Assembly (NCBI GenBank): GCA_951406725.2
Contig: OX597829.1
Coordinates: forward strand, 49,972,001-50,036,000
Direction of reading: 5' to 3'
DNA from: Octopus vulgaris
Lineage: Eukaryota
DNA: 64,000 nucleotides
Below the pieces are notes generated by a model, which saw only the letters and a program-made list of their open reading frames with translations, searched no databases and was not told where the DNA came from. Made by a program: the position numbers and the translations under genes. This document shows, piece by piece, positions 22,351 through 35,279 of this stretch (the first letter of the stretch is position 1; the number at the start of each line of letters is the position of its first letter).

Positions 22351-25300
22351 ATGTATATCTATATATATAAAAGAGTGTGTGCATATGTTATGCATGCGAA
22401 AACTGCCTTGCTGATTTTGACGTATGGGGTGTCAAAAAATTCAATAATCTTCCACCTACCAAATAAACTTTATTTTCATTTACATATTTTCTGCATTATC
22501 TCAACAACTAGCTATAGTTATTTGAAAGACACTACTCTACAACAACCAGGTTTCATTAGAGAATGAAAATAGTTTTACATTTTCAATTTGAACCAAAATT
22601 ACAATGTGTTGCATTTTGTGAAAATGTATGAATAATGAAAGTAATGTTTCCCCGAATTAGTCATATCTGTACTGTAATAAAAAAAAGCTGCTTATTATCT
22701 CTCTATATATATGAAGGTTGCCAAATAAACTGTTTTTGGCACAACTCTTTTTTTTTACTTCTAAAATAACCTCGGAAACGAGGTCGGGTCGCACAATTTT
22801 GAAGTCATATTTGGGTAATATTTCGATTTGCTTCAAATGTTTCACGTATGCGTAGAATTCTATTCAGACAAACATTTATGAAAATGTACACATGAATATT
22901 GTATTAAAATAATCCACAACCAAAAAAATTCCATTAAAAGACATTCATTTCTCTATATGTTATGAGGAAATACAGTCACTCACTCTCTCTCTCTCTCTCT
23001 CTCACATGCACAAGCACACACACACACACATACATGCAGAAAAGATTATGCAGATGTATTTATGTACATGTATATGAAAAATAATGTGCGTGTGTGAGAG
23101 AGCGAGTGAGTACTACTTACACATACATGCAAAAAATACATACATGACAACACACACCTTCACTCTCTCTTTCTCTCTCACACACAAACATGCACACATG
23201 CATGCACACACACACACACATGTCAATTTCATTTACACAAACATACATCTTTCACTTTCTGATCTCACTTCAAAGCATAAAGAAATAACAAATTTTTATG
23301 GAAATTAACGAACCATCATATTATCCTATATGATCGAGTCTACAATTTTGCTGCTTCAAATGAAAGAATGCCATAAAATAACTTCCTTTGGCACATGCAT
23401 GCACACACACACACATTAGGTAAAACTTCTGTATGAATTATGTTAGTTCTTGCTGTGTGCATGTGTAAGATTCCAGCTCAAATCCAATTGAAACTACTTT
23501 TTTCTTTTCTGTAATTTGTGTTTCCGATGAACATATTTAAAAATCTGATCTTCAATATTAACTGTTCTTTACCTGTTGCTTCTAGCATGTCTGAGATGAC
23601 ATTTGTGTCCCTCACCTATTTTTTTCTAAATTTCTTCTGCTTCTTATGTTTTCAATACAGAAGATTAAGATTTCACCCCCAAAACACGTTCCCTATATTT
23701 TTCTCCCTCCTCACCTCACCCCCAAGTTTTTCATTCTTTTTTACTTTTTTCCAAATGTTTTTCTTGGTAATCCACAGAGAAAAGAAACAGAGAGTATGAA
23801 TCTTTAAGAATTTTCTTCCTTCTCTCTTAAAGAAACACTAAAATCTCCTTCCTCAACGTTTACCCATCACCTCACCACTTTCAAAAAGCTACAAATTCCC
23901 AATGTTTCACTTTTAGCTTTTTGGAAAGCGGGGAAATTTCTTCAAAAATAATGTCATTTACCTGTTGTTTCTAGCATGTCAGGTTTTCTGGTGGTGGTTT
24001 GGTATTCTTTACATCTGCTATCTCAGTACAATTCTATGCATGCATGAAACAGCATACTAAAGTGAAACATTGGGTGTTTTGAAAACGGGTAGGTAATGGG
24101 TGAGTGAGGTGGAGAAAGGGGCATTGAGTGTTTCTTTAAGAAAAATTAAACTTTAAAATAATAAATATTTCCCAGATTCGTAATCCCTGTAATTTTCTAT
24201 ATGGATAAAAAAAAAAAAAATCCAAAGAAATTTACAAATTAAGAAATTGTGGTGGGGTTTCTCTGTTTTGACAGAAATTTTTCAAATATTTTCACCACAC
24301 TTTTACAAATGATTAGGTGAAGTTTTTTATGCAAAAAATTTTTGAAAATTTATGGAACCTCCCCTCCTTCTCCCACTCCCTTCCAGACTGATTTTGTCCA
24401 ATTTGTTTGGCACTTTGTACTAAGAAAAAACAATGGTAAAAAAAAAGAAAAATTGGAAATTTACGATATTTTTCATCCCCCTTTGTACTAATTTTAATAT
24501 GTTTTTTTTTGTACTTAAGACGATAGGAGAAGTCTTAAAAGTTAAAAAAAATAAAAAAGAAATTGGGAAATAAGTGATCACCATTATAATCTCTTCTTTT
24601 TCAAACAGAAAATGAAACGTAATTTAAGAACAAAAAACAAAAAAAAAGAAATGACCACCCTGAAATATATCCGTTTCAACACATGATTTCACACCAGGAA
24701 TCTTTCAAAGTGAATACATAAATTTAGAAATTTTTAAAATTTCATAGATCAGAAAACTTTGGCTGTTTTTCAAGATTTTTTTTTTTAATCATAGTTTTAA
24801 AATATGCACAAGCCAAATCTACAGCTTGTGTCTGTTTATAATTTCAAAATAATATTCAGATGTAAAGGTGATTTAAGGGGGATTTAGCTGTTGTTTCTAG
24901 CACATCCCACGACCACCTGTTGTTTTCTTCGGGTTTTTTTTTTTTGACATTCTGACATGTAGTGGTGTTTTTCAATATTTTTTCCCCCTAAACAACAAAA
25001 AAAAATTATTTAACTCAACACCACCCTGCATCAAGTGAGTTTGTGTGTGTGTCTGTAAAAAAATATATTTATTAAAAGAAAAGTATGCTATTAAAATAAA
25101 TTATGCTTTACATACCATTTTAAAATTACTCTCTCATCCTAATTAAATTCCTTACACACATGCATACACACATCAAACAATATACTTTTATAGAGAATGA
25201 GAAAGGTTTCCATGAGAAAATGAAAGAGATAGACAAATAGGGAGAGAGAGAGGTCTTTTCTGTTGCTGCTACAGATTGTAAAATTTAAAATTACATGCAA

Positions 25301-25509
25301 ATTTTTTAATTTGGTACATGGATGTACTTTTTCATGATAAATCTGAGTTTGTGATTGATTTATTCCAGAATGATTTAAGAAAAATGTTACAGAGGTTTAA
25401 AATTTTACCATATTTGCCCAATTAGAATTTAGGAGCTAAGCATTTTGTACATAAGCAGAGTATCATAAAATGAAAGTAAACATTAGAAGATGAGGTTTTA
25501 AACAAAATG

Positions 25510-25843
25510 AAAGTTATGCACTAGTGATCACTTGAAACACCATGGTGTTGGCTGGATGTTTGATTTTCATCACTCTTGGTACATGTTTTGGGGATGAAGC
25601 AAGCCAATGGTTGTTCTGTGTGTTCACCATCTGTTTGTACTGGAGCTTCCGGCGTGAATGCCAAGCAGTACAGCATGTTGTTTCCAAATTTCTGGAAGAG
25701 TGAATTGCATCATGGTGCTGCTTTTTTTCACAGACGATGCCCAACTGACCCTACTATACTGTATAGTCAACAAAATCAAAATCAATGTGCATGAGTGAAA
25801 GTAAAAATATAAAATGACGACAATTTACCCATCGCACCCTGTA
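25510..25843 (-). mobile_element. Tc1/mariner-superfamily 5' remnant
   Basis: TA-CAGGGTG terminus; KHPANTMVFQVITS resembles KHPxSVMVWG; same family as 62760-62935. Confidence 0.65.
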
Positions 25844-27049
25844 AGATGTGTGTGTGTGTGTGATGGACTCCCTCTTTGTTAGGCAATGTATGAGGGGTCG
25901 ACAATTTCTTACCGAACAACCGCACAGATGATTTGTTTATAGTGATCAAATGTTTGTGTAGACATAAGCTCAGTCCTTCCATCAGATTGACATTACCTGT
26001 ACAGGTGCACCATGTGCCATATGTCAGATGACTAAATGATCACAGAGCAACGTGAAATGAAGTACTTTACTCAAGAACACAACACAACGCCCAGTCTGGG
26101 AATTAAACCCACGATCTCACAATCGTGAATGCAACACCTTAACCACTAAGCCATCCATGTATGTTCACAAACGTATCTTCATCACTCTGCTACCCTCCTC
26201 CCCCTTCACTAGGCTTATAACAGTCTGCATCGGACTCTCTGTACTCAATACTCTCTTCTTGACCCTAAGTATACTGACATCTGTTACTGTCTTTGTGCCA
26301 CTCCTGTTTTGTTGTCCATCACCTCCTCTTGACTTTCCCCACCTCTCTCCTTCCCTGTGTCTCTTATTGTACTCTTTCTCCTTTCACCCACTCATTTCTG
26401 ACTTTCTGCTGTTCCTCTCCTCAATCACATTACCCGAGCAAAAGTACATACCTTAGGTTGTTAAGTACTCTCTGTACTTATAATGTACAAAGCACCCCTT
26501 TTCATATGCTGATGCTTAGCTAAAAAACCCTCCCCACCACCACCTAACTTCCCTTGCATGTTCTCTGGATTGATCAGTGAATGAGCAGAAGTAAAGTGTA
26601 GTTGAAAGACTCTTCATCATGTGTAGCCGAGAATTTGACAACCTCCCTAATGTTGGTGCCAAAAAAAAAACAAAAGAAAAAAACAAACAAACACAGTACT
26701 CACTGTTATGTGGATGGCAAACAAATTGAGAAAGCATACGGTTGTGAAGTACTTTCTTTTTGCCCTATCTTGCTTAGAAATTAACAACCTTCCTAGTGCT
26801 GGTCCCATGAGAAAATGCTTCCAGTACACTCTGTAAAATGGTTAGTGGTTGGATGGGCATTCACCCATCAAAACCAATCTCAAAATGATAAGTATGAGCA
26901 CTAGTCTATGAGATCAGTAGCTCTCAATAAAACAGATAGGAGTCATGGTAACCTATCCAACACATACTAGCATGGAAAATGAACATTGAATGATGATGAT
27001 GATGTTTTCTTGACATTGTTAAACCAGTAGCTAACTACTTAAATGATAT

Positions 27050-27860
27050 TAAGAACTGCTGTCATTTACTTTAAATCATCCTTCTCACCATAAGCCAAGA
27101 ATCTTAAAAGATATATTGTAATAATGGTGATAGAGTTGTCAAAACACGACCATATTTCCGGGAAATCTCTGCATTTCGGCAGCAGCTCTACATGGGAGAA
27201 TGATATTGGTTTCAAACTTTGGTACAAGACCTGTGAGTTTGGTGCTGAGGGGGGGGGAAGTTGATTACATCAACCCCAGCATTCAACTGGTACTTATTTT
27301 ACCAATCTCAAAAAGGGTAAAAGGCAAAGTCAACCCTGGCGGTATTTCAACTCAGAATGTAAAGTTGGAAGAAATACTGCTAAGCACTTTTTTTTATCCT
27401 TCATGGTAGCAATTCTGCCAGCTCACTGCCCAAAATGGATGAACGATATTAACAATTCATTTGATGTCATGATGGGTTACTTTGATGGAACAGAGGTTTG
27501 AGTTCTGTTTGAATCGTTTGTTGTTAACCCTTTTGTTACTGTATTTATTTTGAGATGCTTTGTGTTTCTTTCAATTAATTTTAAATATAACAAAGAATTT
27601 AGTAAAATAACTTGGTTATCATTGAGCTAGTGTCGGGAACATAAATTGTGGCTAAGGTTTGGTGGAAGATTTTAATTCAAAACTTATGAAAACAAGACAT
27701 TTGTATTACAGAGTCAGAGCCGGTTTCAGCCGGGTTGGTAACGAAAGGGTTAAGTAAGCTAAAATTTAGCTCTCACTCTTCGGACATAAGCTTGTACACA
27801 GTTGATTGTTTAGCCATTTCTAACAATATAAAGGAATATGACATAACTAAAATATGGCCC
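27050..27860 (+). mobile_element. PLE reverse transcriptase remnant, interrupted by SINE C (27215-27430, -) and MITE F
   Basis: GKSLHFGSSSTWE / FDVMMGYFDGTEV* (27460-27501) / DISLYTVDCLAI, compared with PLE RT FDVTMGSxDGAEVCEL..GLYRDDGLA. Confidence 0.65.
27524..27753. mobile_element. piggyBac-type MITE family F, solo copy
   Basis: TTAA-CCCTTTTGTTAC..GGTAACGAAAGGG-TTAA. Confidence 0.9.
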
Positions 27861-27869
27861 AAATTTACC

Positions 27870-28090
27870 ACTTGGCAGAATCATTAGCACGCCAGGTGAA
27901 ATGCTTAGCAGCATTTTGTCTATCCTAATGTTCTGAGTTCAAATCCCACCAAGGTTGACTTTGCCTTTCGTCCTTTTGGGGTTGATAAACTAAGTACCAG
28001 TGAAACACTGGGGTCAATGTAATCTAATAATTACCCTCACCCCCCCGCCAATAATTTTAGGCCTTGTGCCTTTAGTAGAAAGGATTATTA
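27870..28090 (+). mobile_element. SINE family C, diverged
   Basis: C body similarity. Confidence 0.7.
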
Positions 28091-28875
28091 TATATAGTAC
28101 CAGATGTCCCATTCTTGAACAGCTCAACTTATTCATGATCTTCTTCATCTACTATCCTTCCCTAGAATTCACTTGTTTCTACAAACCCACCCACTTGCAC
28201 TCCTCTCTCGACTTCATCTCATCCTGTCCCCCACTCACACCAAGCATACCATTCTTTCCGCCCAGTTCCTTCTCTTCCACTACCTCTGCAGTCGTGACCA
28301 TCCATGGCTCTGAGATCTAATCTCAGCACATTTCACTCACTTACCCCAACTATAGCTAAAACCACCAGCACCATGATGGCAACTACATGCCTGCCATTTC
28401 ACTGCCCTACACCAACTATATTGCATCTGTTCCCCTTCACTTCCATCTCTCCATGTTATTTCTCCTGAATTCCATCCTATTACCACTAACCATTTCTTCA
28501 TATTTGACCCAACACTTCCCACAGCCTCTCTCATCAGACTTTTCTCCACTTTTAATAAGCCAGTTTAATGCTTTAGCATTTAAACTGAGCATATCTGGCT
28601 CAAATATTCATGTTTTATGTTCAAACCAGTTTGATCTAGTTTATTACACCTACTAAGTTACGAAATAGAAATAGCAGCATGATTAATTCAAAACAGTTTG
28701 AGTAAATAAACATTACATTTGACAGAATAATGTGAATCCAACCCACATCATATCATCAAAGTTATTACATAACCTTGATGATGTGCTTGTATATTTTTAG
28801 AACGACATTGTAGATTAGGTGTGAGAAGACAGATCTGGTCAATCTGAACATAGAACAAGGTAGAATATTTGAGCT

Positions 28876-29048
28876 AGATATTGCCAGTTTAAAAGCTAAA
28901 GGGTTAAGAATGAAGGGTCCAAAATGTAAAATATTTGTAGAAGGAAATTTCTTTGTTTCATAATGGAACAAAGAAATTTCCTTCTACAAATATTTTACAT
29001 TTTGGACCCTTCATTCTTAACCCTTTAGCTTTTAAACTGGCAATATCT
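28876..29048. repeat. Perfect 82-bp-arm palindrome with 9-nt centre
   Basis: 28876-28957 is the exact reverse complement of 28967-29048 by manual comparison. Confidence 0.95.
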
Positions 29049-29269
29049 GTAAAAGAGAGTCCCAATATATCAACCTGCGCCAGCTACAACTTAACTCTAG
29101 GTCAAACATCTTTGTGTATGGACAGAAATTGCATGTTGTGGATAGATTTACATTTTGAGGCAGAATTGTGAACCTGACAAATAGCCTTGATGATGAAATC
29201 TCTCACCAAATCAAACCAGTGATGCATTCGGAAAATTGGATTGCATTGAATTTCAGTTGAGACAAAGTT

Positions 29270-29597
29270 GAAAGTCAGAAATACTTGTGTATTGTCTTAG
29301 TGTGAAAACATCTTTTCATGCTAAGAGTTGCTGAAGCATGGAACAAACTGCCGACATCAGTTGTTAGTTGTCGGAGCAGGCATCCTTCAAAACTTCTATG
29401 CTTCCTGTGATTTGCCAACACTACATCTGATTTTCTCCCTTCCATACACATGCAAGCATGTATCTGACTCATCATACACTGTTCACTTCCCAGACATTTG
29501 TACATTACTGCATATGCTTAATACGCACTTTTAACTAGTTGTGGTGCACCTGAGCACTGTATACAATAATTTCATCATCATCATTATTATTATTATT
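29270..29597 (+). mobile_element. CR1-type LINE 3' end with (CAT/ATT)n tail
   Basis: LRVAEAWNKLPTSVVSC..SFK; relatives at 30080-30299 and 58370-58600. Confidence 0.75.
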
Positions 29598-29811
29598 ACT
29601 CTCTTTTACTTGTTTCAGTCATTTGACTGCGGCCATGCTGGAGCACCACCTTTAATGGAGCAACTCGAACCCGGGACTTATTCTTTTGTAAGCCCAGTAC
29701 TTATTCTATCGGTCTCTTTTGCCGAACCGCTAAGTAACGTGGACATAAACACACTAGCATTGGTTGTCAAGCAATGCTAGGGGGACAAACACAGACACAC
29801 AAACACACACA

Positions 29812-29849
<38 letters not shown>

Positions 29850-30015
29850 TACGACAGGCTTCTTTCAATTTCCGTCTACCAAATCCACTCACATGGCTTT
29901 GGTCGGCCCAAGGCTATAGTAGAAGACACTTGCCCAAGGTGCCATGCAGTTGGACTGAACCCAGAACCATGTGGTTGGTAAACAAGCTACTTACCACACA
30001 GCCACTCCTGTGCCT
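29598..30015 (-). mobile_element. SINE family A
   Basis: Full-length copy. Confidence 0.9.
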
Positions 30016-30399
30016 ATTGTGAACCTGACAAATAGTCTTGATGATGAAAATTCTCACCAAATCAAGCCAGTTATGCATCCTTCAAAACTTCCATGCTTTC
30101 TGAGATTTGCCAACACTACACCTGATTTTCTCCCCTCCATACACACGCAAGCATGTATCTGACTCATACATTGTTCGCTTTCCAGACATTTGTACATTAC
30201 TGCATATGCTTAATACGCACTTTTGACTAGTTGTGGTGCACCCGAGCACTGTATACAATAATTTCATCATCATCATTATTATTATTGTTATTATTATTAG
30301 TTGAGACATATGGCAAGACTGGAGTGATTTCGCCCGCTGTGTCTCTGCTGTATACTGGGTATCCCATGACAAATATACGTAAGTAGCAACATTGAAGCC

Positions 30400-30660
30400 T
30401 GAACACTGTTAGTTTACAAGTAAAAAGTTTCTAGTTCGTCAGCACCAGTTATGATGGAGTAGTTATACGTTCTGGCTGGAAGACAATCAGATCCCCAAGC
30501 AATTTCTGTATGTAGAGTTAACCCCTTATAAAAGACCAGCACAAAAACTGAAATTTGGTTATAAGAACTACACTGGAGAAAGTCAAAATCTTGGAAAATG
30601 GAAGAGGAAAACCTGATTCTAAATTGTTCATCATGGAGCACAGAGTACTCGCAAGAGTTG
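30400..30660 (+). mobile_element. RTE-type LINE C-terminal remnant
   Basis: QIPKQFLYVELTPYKRP matches the RIPKQLLYGEL motif. Confidence 0.55.
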
Positions 30661-31019
30661 CTTGTAAGGATTTTGCTGTTAATTTACCTGTGTATGTTGG
30701 CACACACCTGATTTAGGATCTAACCAGGGTGGCATGTGTGTCTAAGTAAGGTAGACATTAGAAGTTGTCATAGAAGCCACATACACAGAGGGAAGTTGTA
30801 TGCATTATATGGCATTTCACCTTGCAGGGAGAGTGGGGGAAAAGTGTGAATCATGAGGCAGATAGAAATATATGAAGATTTACCAAAGCAATAATGTAAC
30901 ACCTACTGCAAGAGGTGCCCATCATTGCTACATCTGTACAAAAGTGTATAACACTCTTACAGGATTAAAAAAACCCATATCTGTGCTGTTTGTATTTAAG
31001 AGGACAATCAAGTCACAGC

Positions 31020-31405
31020 TATCATGTGTGTGTGTGTGTGTTTATGCATGTATATATGTTTATAGTATATAATGTGTGTTTGTGTGTGTATGTATATGTT
31101 TGTATGTACGTGTGTATGTATGTACATATATATATGTGTGTGTATGTATATATATGTGTGTGTGTTTGTATGCATATGTTTGTGTGCATGTATGTATATA
31201 TGTTTGTGTATATGATTATATGTGTTAGTGTATATATGTGTGTGTTTGTGTGTAAGTATGTGTTTCTGTGTATGTATGTGTGTTTGTGTATATATATATA
31301 TGGGTTTGTGTGTATGCATATGTTTGAATGTGTGTGTATGTATATGTTTGAATGTGTGTGTATGTGTGTATATGTGTGTATGTATATGTGTGTGTGTATG
31401 TATGT
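31020..31405. repeat. (GT/AT)n degenerate microsatellite
   Basis: Direct reading. Confidence 0.9.
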
Positions 31406-31912
31406 CTGTTCTTAAGTTATATATGCAAACAGTTTAACATTAAACAGCAGGATTACCAAATACTTTCAAGTGAAAACATATTAACTTGTATGAGGAAAAT
31501 ATTGACAGTGATTTTAGTTTTTTCATGTGTCATTGTTTCAACACGCACTTTTTTCCATTCTGACCTGGGCTGACAGAATTTTGTTGAGATTTTCTAAGGC
31601 CAGATGCCCTTCCTATCACCAACCCTTACCTATTCCCAGGCAAGATATTTTCCCATAGCCAAGCAAGGTTTTCACACAATTTCGGATGTGACAGACACCA
31701 CTTTCTCCAGATCGATGAATGCTAAAGTATTGTGGTTTACATTTTGTCAAATGCTTTCCCTACACTTGCCAAATTACATCTAATCTAGATTTACTTTATT
31801 TCTAATTAATTGAGTTATGACTCTTTCAGTGACATTCATAAACTGGTCCAGTAATTTGATACCTCAAATGTATATATATTTATATATATGTATATAAAAT
31901 ATTAGAAAAAAC

Positions 31913-31998
31913 TACCTTTTATCAATTCAAAATGAATAATTAAATTACACCATCTAGAAAGTTACATATAATTATTGTTTTTGAATTGATAAAAGGTA
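31913..31998. repeat. Inverted repeat flanked by TA runs
   Basis: TACCTTTTATCAATTCAAAA (31913-31932) and TTTTGAATTGATAAAAGGTA (31979-31998). Confidence 0.85.
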
Positions 31999-32090
31999 TA
32001 TTTATATATATATTATATTGTGTGGAATGATTTAGTATTTCTAAATTGAATTCTTTTTCCTTGTAAGTTTGGATTTTATTCCTCAAATAA

Positions 32091-32129
<39 letters not shown>

Positions 32130-32130
<1 letters not shown>

Positions 32131-32510
32131 TACTCCTTATGCAGAGTCTGACTATCTCTTGTACCTACATCTTATATCCATCATGGCGTCTGATGAGGCT
32201 TTTAAACCAGACAATGTTTTGAAAAGACACCCATATAGATTGCATATCCGATTTGGACCACCAAGAGCAGCATTAAAGTTTTGATCTTTGTGGATCTTGA
32301 AATGTTTTTTGAGACCTCCGTTAGATTTGCTGACCTTCTGGCATACACTGCATAGAAAGATGTGCACAGATAATATACTGGTAGAATAATTGGTGGAAGT
32401 TTGTTTTCCATGGGTTTGCAAATGAGATTTGAGCCCAGCAAAAGAAAGACATGGTCTGTCGCAAACTGTACGCACGTAAGGGTCATTGTGGTTCACCTTC
32501 TCGATTGTGA
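32130..32510 (-). mobile_element. LINE (probably RTE) 3' fragment encoding three decayed C2H2 zinc fingers
   Basis: YVRTVCDRPCLSFAGLKSHLQTH; FLCSVCQKVSKSNGGLKKHFKIH; ICNLYGCLFKTLSGLKAS; ends in (AT)n. Confidence 0.65.
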
Positions 32511-32604
32511 CATATATATGTATATGAAATTATCGTTATCATCACCATTCAAAATCTGTTTTCCATGCTGGCATGGGTTGGGTGTTCAAATCTTTCTGCA
32601 GTTT

Positions 32605-33900
32605 TAGGTGTCATCAGGGTTCTTGACTGCTTGTAATACATTTGTATCATCGGCATAGCTGGTGAGAGTAGTAGACAGTTTGATTGACGGCTCGTCCGAG
32701 AGAGCCACCAAAAACAGTAGCGGTCCCAGTATAGTTCCCTGAGGGACTCCATTTAGAATTGATGTCTCCGCAGAAAGAGCTCCATTAGCTGTAACTGTCT
32801 GACTCTTATCTTTTAAAAAGTCATGCAGCTATTCCTGTAGTTTTCCAGTTATTCCAAAGTCAAATTGTTTGTGACATATCATTACATTGATAACTTTATC
32901 GAAGGCCTTGACAAAATCAAGATATAATCATATCTATATGTAAATGGTTGAACTGTTGTTAAAGTACCACCCACTCATAATGCTGTAGTAGCTATGATAA
33001 GGTGGCTCCTCTCTGGGCAGAAGCCATTGCATGTTAGTGAGGGTGTCCTTTTCTTCCAGGAGCATGATCAGCTTCCTTCTGACAATCTGTTCCATGGATG
33101 GAAGCACTCCGTCGGTTACGACGACGAGGGTTCCGGTTGATCCGATCAACGGAACAGCCTGCTCGTGAAATTAACGTGTAAGTGGCTGAGCACTCCACAG
33201 ACACGTGTACCCTTAACGTAGTTCTCGGGGATATTCAGCGTGACACAGAGAGTGACAAGGCCGGCCCTTTGAAATACAGGTACAACAGAAACAGGAAGTA
33301 AGAGTGAGTGAAAGTTGTGGTGAAAGGGTACAGCAGGGATCACCACCACCATCCCTGCCAGAGCCTCGTGGAGCTTTTAGGTGTTTTCGCTCAATAAACA
33401 CTCACAGCGCCCGGTCTGGGAATCGAAACCGCGATCCTACGACCGCGAGTCCGCTGCCCTAACCACTGGGCCATTGCGCCTCCACAACAATCTGTTCCAT
33501 TACCTTGTTCACATGGGAAGTCAAAGAGATAGCATCTGCTCTGCTTCTTCTTTATAAGGCATATTATACCTTCTTTTAATACTTTGCAAAGTTTTTTGCA
33601 GACCAGAAAATGGAGGAAGAGTTTTGCAGTGGCCCTGTGAGAACTTTCTTGTTCTTAACAGAATAACTGGAAAAGCCACCAGGACCCATTACCGAGGTCA
33701 TCAATGGGCTTTTTTATGTTGATGCCCCTCCCCTCTGTGGATTTGTGGTGTTAAAGAATCATCAAGCTTGCTTATTTGCATATCTCTCAGTGGGAAAATG
33801 AAAACACTTTGGGATTGTTTATTTAACGTTTCTTTCTTTACTAATTGGGGTCTGCAGTCAGTGAGCCATTTTCTTCAAATAGCGTCCCTATCTTGTAGCA
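32605..33900 (-). mobile_element. CR1-group LINE reverse transcriptase remnant
   Basis: Minus strand: YLDFVKAFDKV, NGVPQGTILGPLLFL, TSYADDT; upper boundary approximate. Confidence 0.8.
33096..33486 (-). mobile_element. SINE family D, young copy with TSD
   Basis: 14-bp TSD ACAATCTGTTCCAT at 33082-33095 and 33487-33500; tRNA head TGGCCCAGTGGTTAGG..GGTTTCGATTCC; CpGs retained. Confidence 0.9.
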
Positions 33901-34069
33901 CAGAGACAGATTATTTTGCAAATTGGTAGATAACCTGAGGGTTCAATTTTATATTTTTGACTGCCCTGGTTTCTCTTTCTTTTTCATGGGAGAGGCTGAG
34001 TTTATTTTAGTCTGATATGATAAACTTGTTGGTAGTTCACTTCAATATATACGTTGTTTAAGCTCCATG

Positions 34070-35165
34070 ATTCCTATCACAGCTTCCTTAATCTCCTTCA
34101 GCCTGGAAAATAACCAAAAGTTACAGGGAGTGTGGTCTGAATGGCAGGGAAGGTGAGGGACAGTTTTGTTAAGTATCTGGTTACCAGGGTGCTTGTCACA
34201 GAGCACCCTGGAAACAAACTAGGCACTAATTCTCTGCATGTTTAGATCCTCATGAGTAATTCTGCATACAGTTGCCACATCAACTCCGAAACTGTATGCT
34301 TATTGTCTTTATAGACACACAGAACTGTCTTCTTCCAGAAAGTTGTGCATTTTCTCAACCAGCTCTGATTGTCAGACCTTCCTCTCCCTCCTAGACCTCT
34401 CATTGCCTCTCAACTCTTCTCTAGCATTCTTCAACCTCTTGTGCCAGTGAAAAAGTCATTCCATAAGCAGTTTGGAACATTTCATAAGTTACTGTGGCAT
34501 TTTGCCCAGTTTAACCCTTTCAATACCAATCCGGCTGAAACCGCTTCTGGCTCTGTAGTACAAATGTTTTGTTTTCATAAGTTTTTAATTAAAATCCTCA
34601 CCAAACCTTAGTCACAATTTATGTTCCCAACACTAACTTAATGATAACTAAGTTATTTTACTAATTTCTTTTTTATATTTAAAATTAATTGAATGAAACA
34701 CAGAGCAGCTCAACAGAAATATGGTAACAAAAGGGTTAAAATATATAACAGAGAAACAATTCTGAACCGTTTAGATAACAACCCGCTTGAAACTGCCCCT
34801 GGCTCTGTAGTACAAATGTTTTGTTTTCAAAAGTTTTGAATTAAAATCCTCCACCAAACCTTAGTCATAATTTATGTTCCTAACACTAGCTTAATGATAA
34901 TTAAGTTTACTAAATTCTTTTGTTATATTTAAAGTAATTGAAAGAAACACAGTGCATCTCAAAATAAATACAGTAATGAAAGGGTTAGCACAAATCTTTA
35001 TTGCATTGCAAATTGCAAGCTTCCAAAAATCCCAACTGCACTCTGCAAATTAGTCTGTTGTGACAAGTAATGTTTAATAGTGTGTGTTCAAAGTGCTGTT
35101 GCAGTGGTCCCCTTCAATCTAGAAGAACAAAAGTTGGCAGGTCAGCTTATTAGATGGGCAGTAAC
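34070..35165 (-). mobile_element. Decayed mariner remnant interrupted by a MITE F dimer
   Basis: Minus strand reads VEEC*RRVEAMRGLGGRG and LPAIQTTLPVTFGYF, weakly like mariner HPPYSPDLAPxDF. Confidence 0.4.
34511..34987. mobile_element. MITE F tandem dimer (opposite orientation to the 45.5 kb and 54.2 kb arrays)
   Basis: Two ~225-bp units, TTAACCC..GGGTTAA ends, ~23-bp spacer. Confidence 0.85.
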
Positions 35166-35279
35166 ATTATACAAAAATTACAATAACCTAGGGCATTTAT
35201 AACTGCCTCTCTAAAAGAAAAAAACAGAAGCTTAAAAAGTTCTGGAATGCATCTTGTATTATATTGCATGGAAGTAGGT

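Noticed and set aside
35105-35117. 13-nt match to miR-133 (TGGTCCCCTTCAA)
   Set aside because: The 3' part does not match and no complementary arm or pre-miRNA hairpin is visible
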